From the NCBI GenBank assembly GCA_965208125.1, contig OZ242320.1:1440001-1504000 (forward strand): a stretch of 64,000 nucleotides of DNA, read 5' to 3'. This document shows positions 61,706-64,000 of this stretch, in pieces (within the stretch, counting starts at the first letter, position 1; every line of letters begins with the position of its first letter). The position numbers and the translations under genes are program-made. Below the pieces are notes generated by a model. That model ran no database searches. It saw nothing but the letters and a program-made list of their open reading frames with translations, and had not been told where the DNA came from. Source of the DNA: Candidatus Latescibacterota bacterium. GTDB lineage: Bacteria > Latescibacterota > UBA2968.

Positions 61706-62179
61706 ATGAAGTCGCGTGAAAATTTGCTGGATGATGCGCGTCAAAATATTCCGGAAATGACCGTACAGGAAGTAAATGAATATTTGAATAAGGGCAATAA
61801 TCCCGTATTACTCGATGTGCGAGGACTGGATGAATGGGAGCGCGGGCATTTAAAAGGATCAGTACACATACCGCGTGGAGAATTGGAATACCAAGCCGAA
61901 TCGGCAATACCCGACAAATCGCGTGAAGTCATTGTAATCTGTGCAGGCGGCGTGCGATCCCTCCTCGCTGGCGAAACCCTGAAAGCTATGGGATACGAAA
62001 AAGTGATCTCAATGGACGGCGGATACGGAGACTGGGAAGACGCGCACTTGCCGGCTGAAATACCACCGCCACCGGAAGAAACGGGCGCGCCAGAAACCCC
62101 TGAACTGCTCAAAGAGCAAATTGATCACCTTGAAAAAGTATTGGCTCAGAAAAAAACAAAACTGGCTAAAGGCAAGTAA
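61706..62179 (+). CDS. Rhodanese-like domain protein
   Basis: LLDVR..EWERGH, active loop CAGGVRS, MDGG. Confidence 0.88.
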   Translation: MKSRENLLDDARQNIPEMTVQEVNEYLNKGNNPVLLDVRGLDEWERGHLKGSVHIPRGELEYQAESAIPDKSREVIVICAGGVRSLLAGETLKAMGYEKVISMDGGYGDWEDAHLPAEIPPPPEETGAPETPELLKEQIDHLEKVLAQKKTKLAKGK

Positions 62180-62236
62180 GAAGGAAGAAGTGAGAAGGCC
62201 CCGCTCCACCACCCTAAAACTGGTGCCTCATCCTAT

Positions 62237-62289
62237 TTCACACTTCACACTTCACACTTCCTACTTCACACTTCACACTTTTTACACTT
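62237..62289 (+). repeat. Heptamer tandem repeat (TTCACAC)n
   Basis: About 7 imperfect copies upstream of the groE promoter. Confidence 0.8.
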
Positions 62290-62316
62290 GCACAAATATT
62301 GATGCACTTGTATATT
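62288..62316 (+). promoter_or_regulatory. groESL sigma70-type promoter
   Basis: TTGCAC-17 nt-TATATT. Confidence 0.6.
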
Positions 62317-62324
62317 TTCCCGCC

Positions 62325-62351
62325 TTAGCACTCAACAGGATGAGTTGCTAA
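62325..62351 (+). promoter_or_regulatory. CIRCE (HrcA operator), variant right arm
   Basis: TTAGCACTC-AACAGGATG-AGTTGCTAA versus consensus TTAGCACTC-N9-GAGTGCTAA. Confidence 0.85.
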
Positions 62352-62406
62352 TAACATATAACAAGTTAAATTTATTACATTTAACTGTTTTTCAAGGAGG
62401 GTTCTC

Positions 62407-62694
62407 ATGAATGTCCGTCCGCTTTCCGATCGCATTCTGGTGCGACGGGTGGATGCTGATGAGCAGGTAAAGGGGGGCATTATCATCCCCGATACTGCGA
62501 AGGAAACGCCTCAGGAAGCAGAAGTCATTGCCGTTGGGCCGGGCAAACGCAATAAGAACGGTGGCGTGATCGCGCCAGCGGTAAAATCTGGGGAAAAAAT
62601 TTTGATTGGCAAATACGCCGGCACAGAAATTGAAGTTGACGGCGATGAGTACGTAATCGTGAACGAAGACGACGTATTGGGCATTATTCAGTAG
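62407..62694 (+). CDS. groES: Co-chaperonin GroES
   Basis: RPLSDRILV, GGIIIPDTAKE, KYAGTE. Confidence 0.98.
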   Translation: MNVRPLSDRILVRRVDADEQVKGGIIIPDTAKETPQEAEVIAVGPGKRNKNGGVIAPAVKSGEKILIGKYAGTEIEVDGDEYVIVNEDDVLGIIQ

Positions 62695-62709
62695 AAGGAG
62701 ATTGGTGTT

Positions 62710-64000
62710 ATGGCAAAGCAGATTGCCTATGGAATAGATGCTCGCGAGCGTATTCTCGACGGTGTAACGCTCTTGAGCAAAGCCGTGAAAGCCACGTTGG
62801 GACCCGCTGGACGAAATGTGGTTGTCGCAAAATCCTGGGGATCCCCCACCGTCACAAAAGACGGCGTGACCGTAGCCAAAGAAATTGAACTCGAAGACGC
62901 TTACGAAAACATGGGTGTGCAAATGGTCAAAGAAGTCGCTTCCAAGACTTCTGACATTGCGGGCGACGGCACAACCACAGCGACAGTACTCGCCGAAGCG
63001 ATTTTCCGTGAAGGATTGCGCAATGTGACCGCCGGAGCCAACCCGATGGACCTCAAGCGCGGTATCGACGCGGCTGTTGCATCCGTAGTCAAAGCATTAG
63101 AGGACCAGAGCCAGCCGGTAAAAGACCGCAACTCAATTGCACAAGTAGGGACAATTTCCGCCAACAGTGACAGCAGCATTGGCGAGATTATAGCCGATGC
63201 AATGGACAAAGTCGGCAAAGACGGCACAATCACGGTCGAAGAGGCCAAGAGCATCGAGACAACACTGGATGTGGTCGAAGGAATGCAGTTTGACCGCGGT
63301 TATCTATCGCCTTATTTTGTGACCGATCAGGAAAACATGGAAGCCGTACTGGAAGACGCGCTGATTCTTATTCACGAGGCGAAGTTGTCAAACATGAACG
63401 ACTTATTGCCTCTCCTCGAAAAAGTTGCCGGTGCCGGCAAGCCGCTTCTGGTAATCGCCGAAGACGTAGAAGGTGAAGCCCTCGCCACTTTTGTCGTCAA
63501 CAAAGTGCGCGGTACCCTCGCTGCCTGTGCTGTAAAAGCACCGGGATATGGCGATCGTCGCAAAGAAATGCTGGGTGATATCGCCGTGCTAACAGGTGGG
63601 CGCGTGATAACGGAAGACCTCGGCATCAAGCTCGAAAACGTCGAGATTAGCGACCTCGGGCAGGCCAAGCGCGTGGTAATCGACAAAGACAATAGCACAA
63701 TCGTAGAAGGCGTGGGATCTATAGCCGATATCCAGGGCAGAACGAGTCAGATCCGTCGGCAGATTGAAGAGACCACCTCTGACTACGATCGCGAAAAACT
63801 CGAAGAGCGATTGGCAAAATTGGCCGGTGGTGTGGCCGTCATCAACGTCGGTGCGGCAACCGAAACAGAAATGAAAGAAAAGAAAGCCCGCGTCGAAGAC
63901 GCACTCCACTCCGTGCGCGCTGCAGTTGAAGAAGGCATCGTACCCGGCGGTGGAGTCGCCCTCCTGCGCAGCCTTGGCGCATTAGACGAAACGGATGTGC
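62710..64000 (+). CDS. groEL: Chaperonin GroEL, 3'-truncated by window edge
   Basis: ATG at 62710: MAKQIAYG...TLGPAGRNV...[10 protein letters not shown]...GDGTTTAT. Absent from the ORF track because there is no stop in the window. Confidence 0.98.
   Translation, partial: MAKQIAYGIDARERILDGVTLLSKAVKATLGPAGRNVVVAKSWGSPTVTKDGVTVAKEIELEDAYENMGVQMVKEVASKTSDIAGDGTTTATVLAEAIFREGLRNVTAGANPMDLKRGIDAAVASVVKALEDQSQPVKDRNSIAQVGTISANSDSSIGEIIADAMDKVGKDGTITVEEAKSIETTLDVVEGMQFDRGYLSPYFVTDQENMEAVLEDALILIHEAKLSNMNDLLPLLEKVAGAGKPLLVIAEDVEGEALATFVVNKVRGTLAACAVKAPGYGDRRKEMLGDIAVLTGGRVITEDLGIKLENVEISDLGQAKRVVIDKDNSTIVEGVGSIADIQGRTSQIRRQIEETTSDYDREKLEERLAKLAGGVAVINVGAATETEMKEKKARVEDALHSVRAAVEEGIVPGGGVALLRSLGALDETDV

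Overview
Bacterial chromosomal window of roughly 50% GC. The gene content (TPR/GWxTD-type proteins, dockerin/EF-hand-tagged secreted enzymes, long SecA, Na+-NQR) suggests an FCB-superphylum lineage such as Latescibacterota or Gemmatimonadota, but this is inference. Coding content in order: partial glyS, two TPR-GWxTD-like paralogs, rsmD, a chondroitin ABC lyase (PL8), a Fe3+/polyamine-type ABC importer, several transporters and hydrolases, a sodium-bioenergetics block (nqrABCDEF, apbE, an nqrM-like gene, a group-3 Mrp operon) interrupted by a DUF433/PIN toxin-antitoxin pair, udk, rlmH, an S55 peptidase plus beta-propeller pair, a rib operon with reductase-only RibD, nusB, secA, a rhodanese, and CIRCE-groES-groEL (partial). 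Two things missing from the ORF track stand out. (1) A 91-aa DUF5069-like ORF at 6120-6395 has an in-frame UGA at a Cys position, followed by a SECIS-like hairpin, and is a candidate selenoprotein. (2) A recurring set of promoter- and/or terminator-flanked structured RNAs has C-rich (UCCC/CCUCCC) loops. It includes a four-unit convergent sRNA cluster at 21236-21651 in which two loops are perfectly complementary over 11 nt, a ~270-nt RNA at 49.4 kb, and leader terminators of both Na+ pump operons. No rRNA, tRNA, CRISPR array or transposase was seen.
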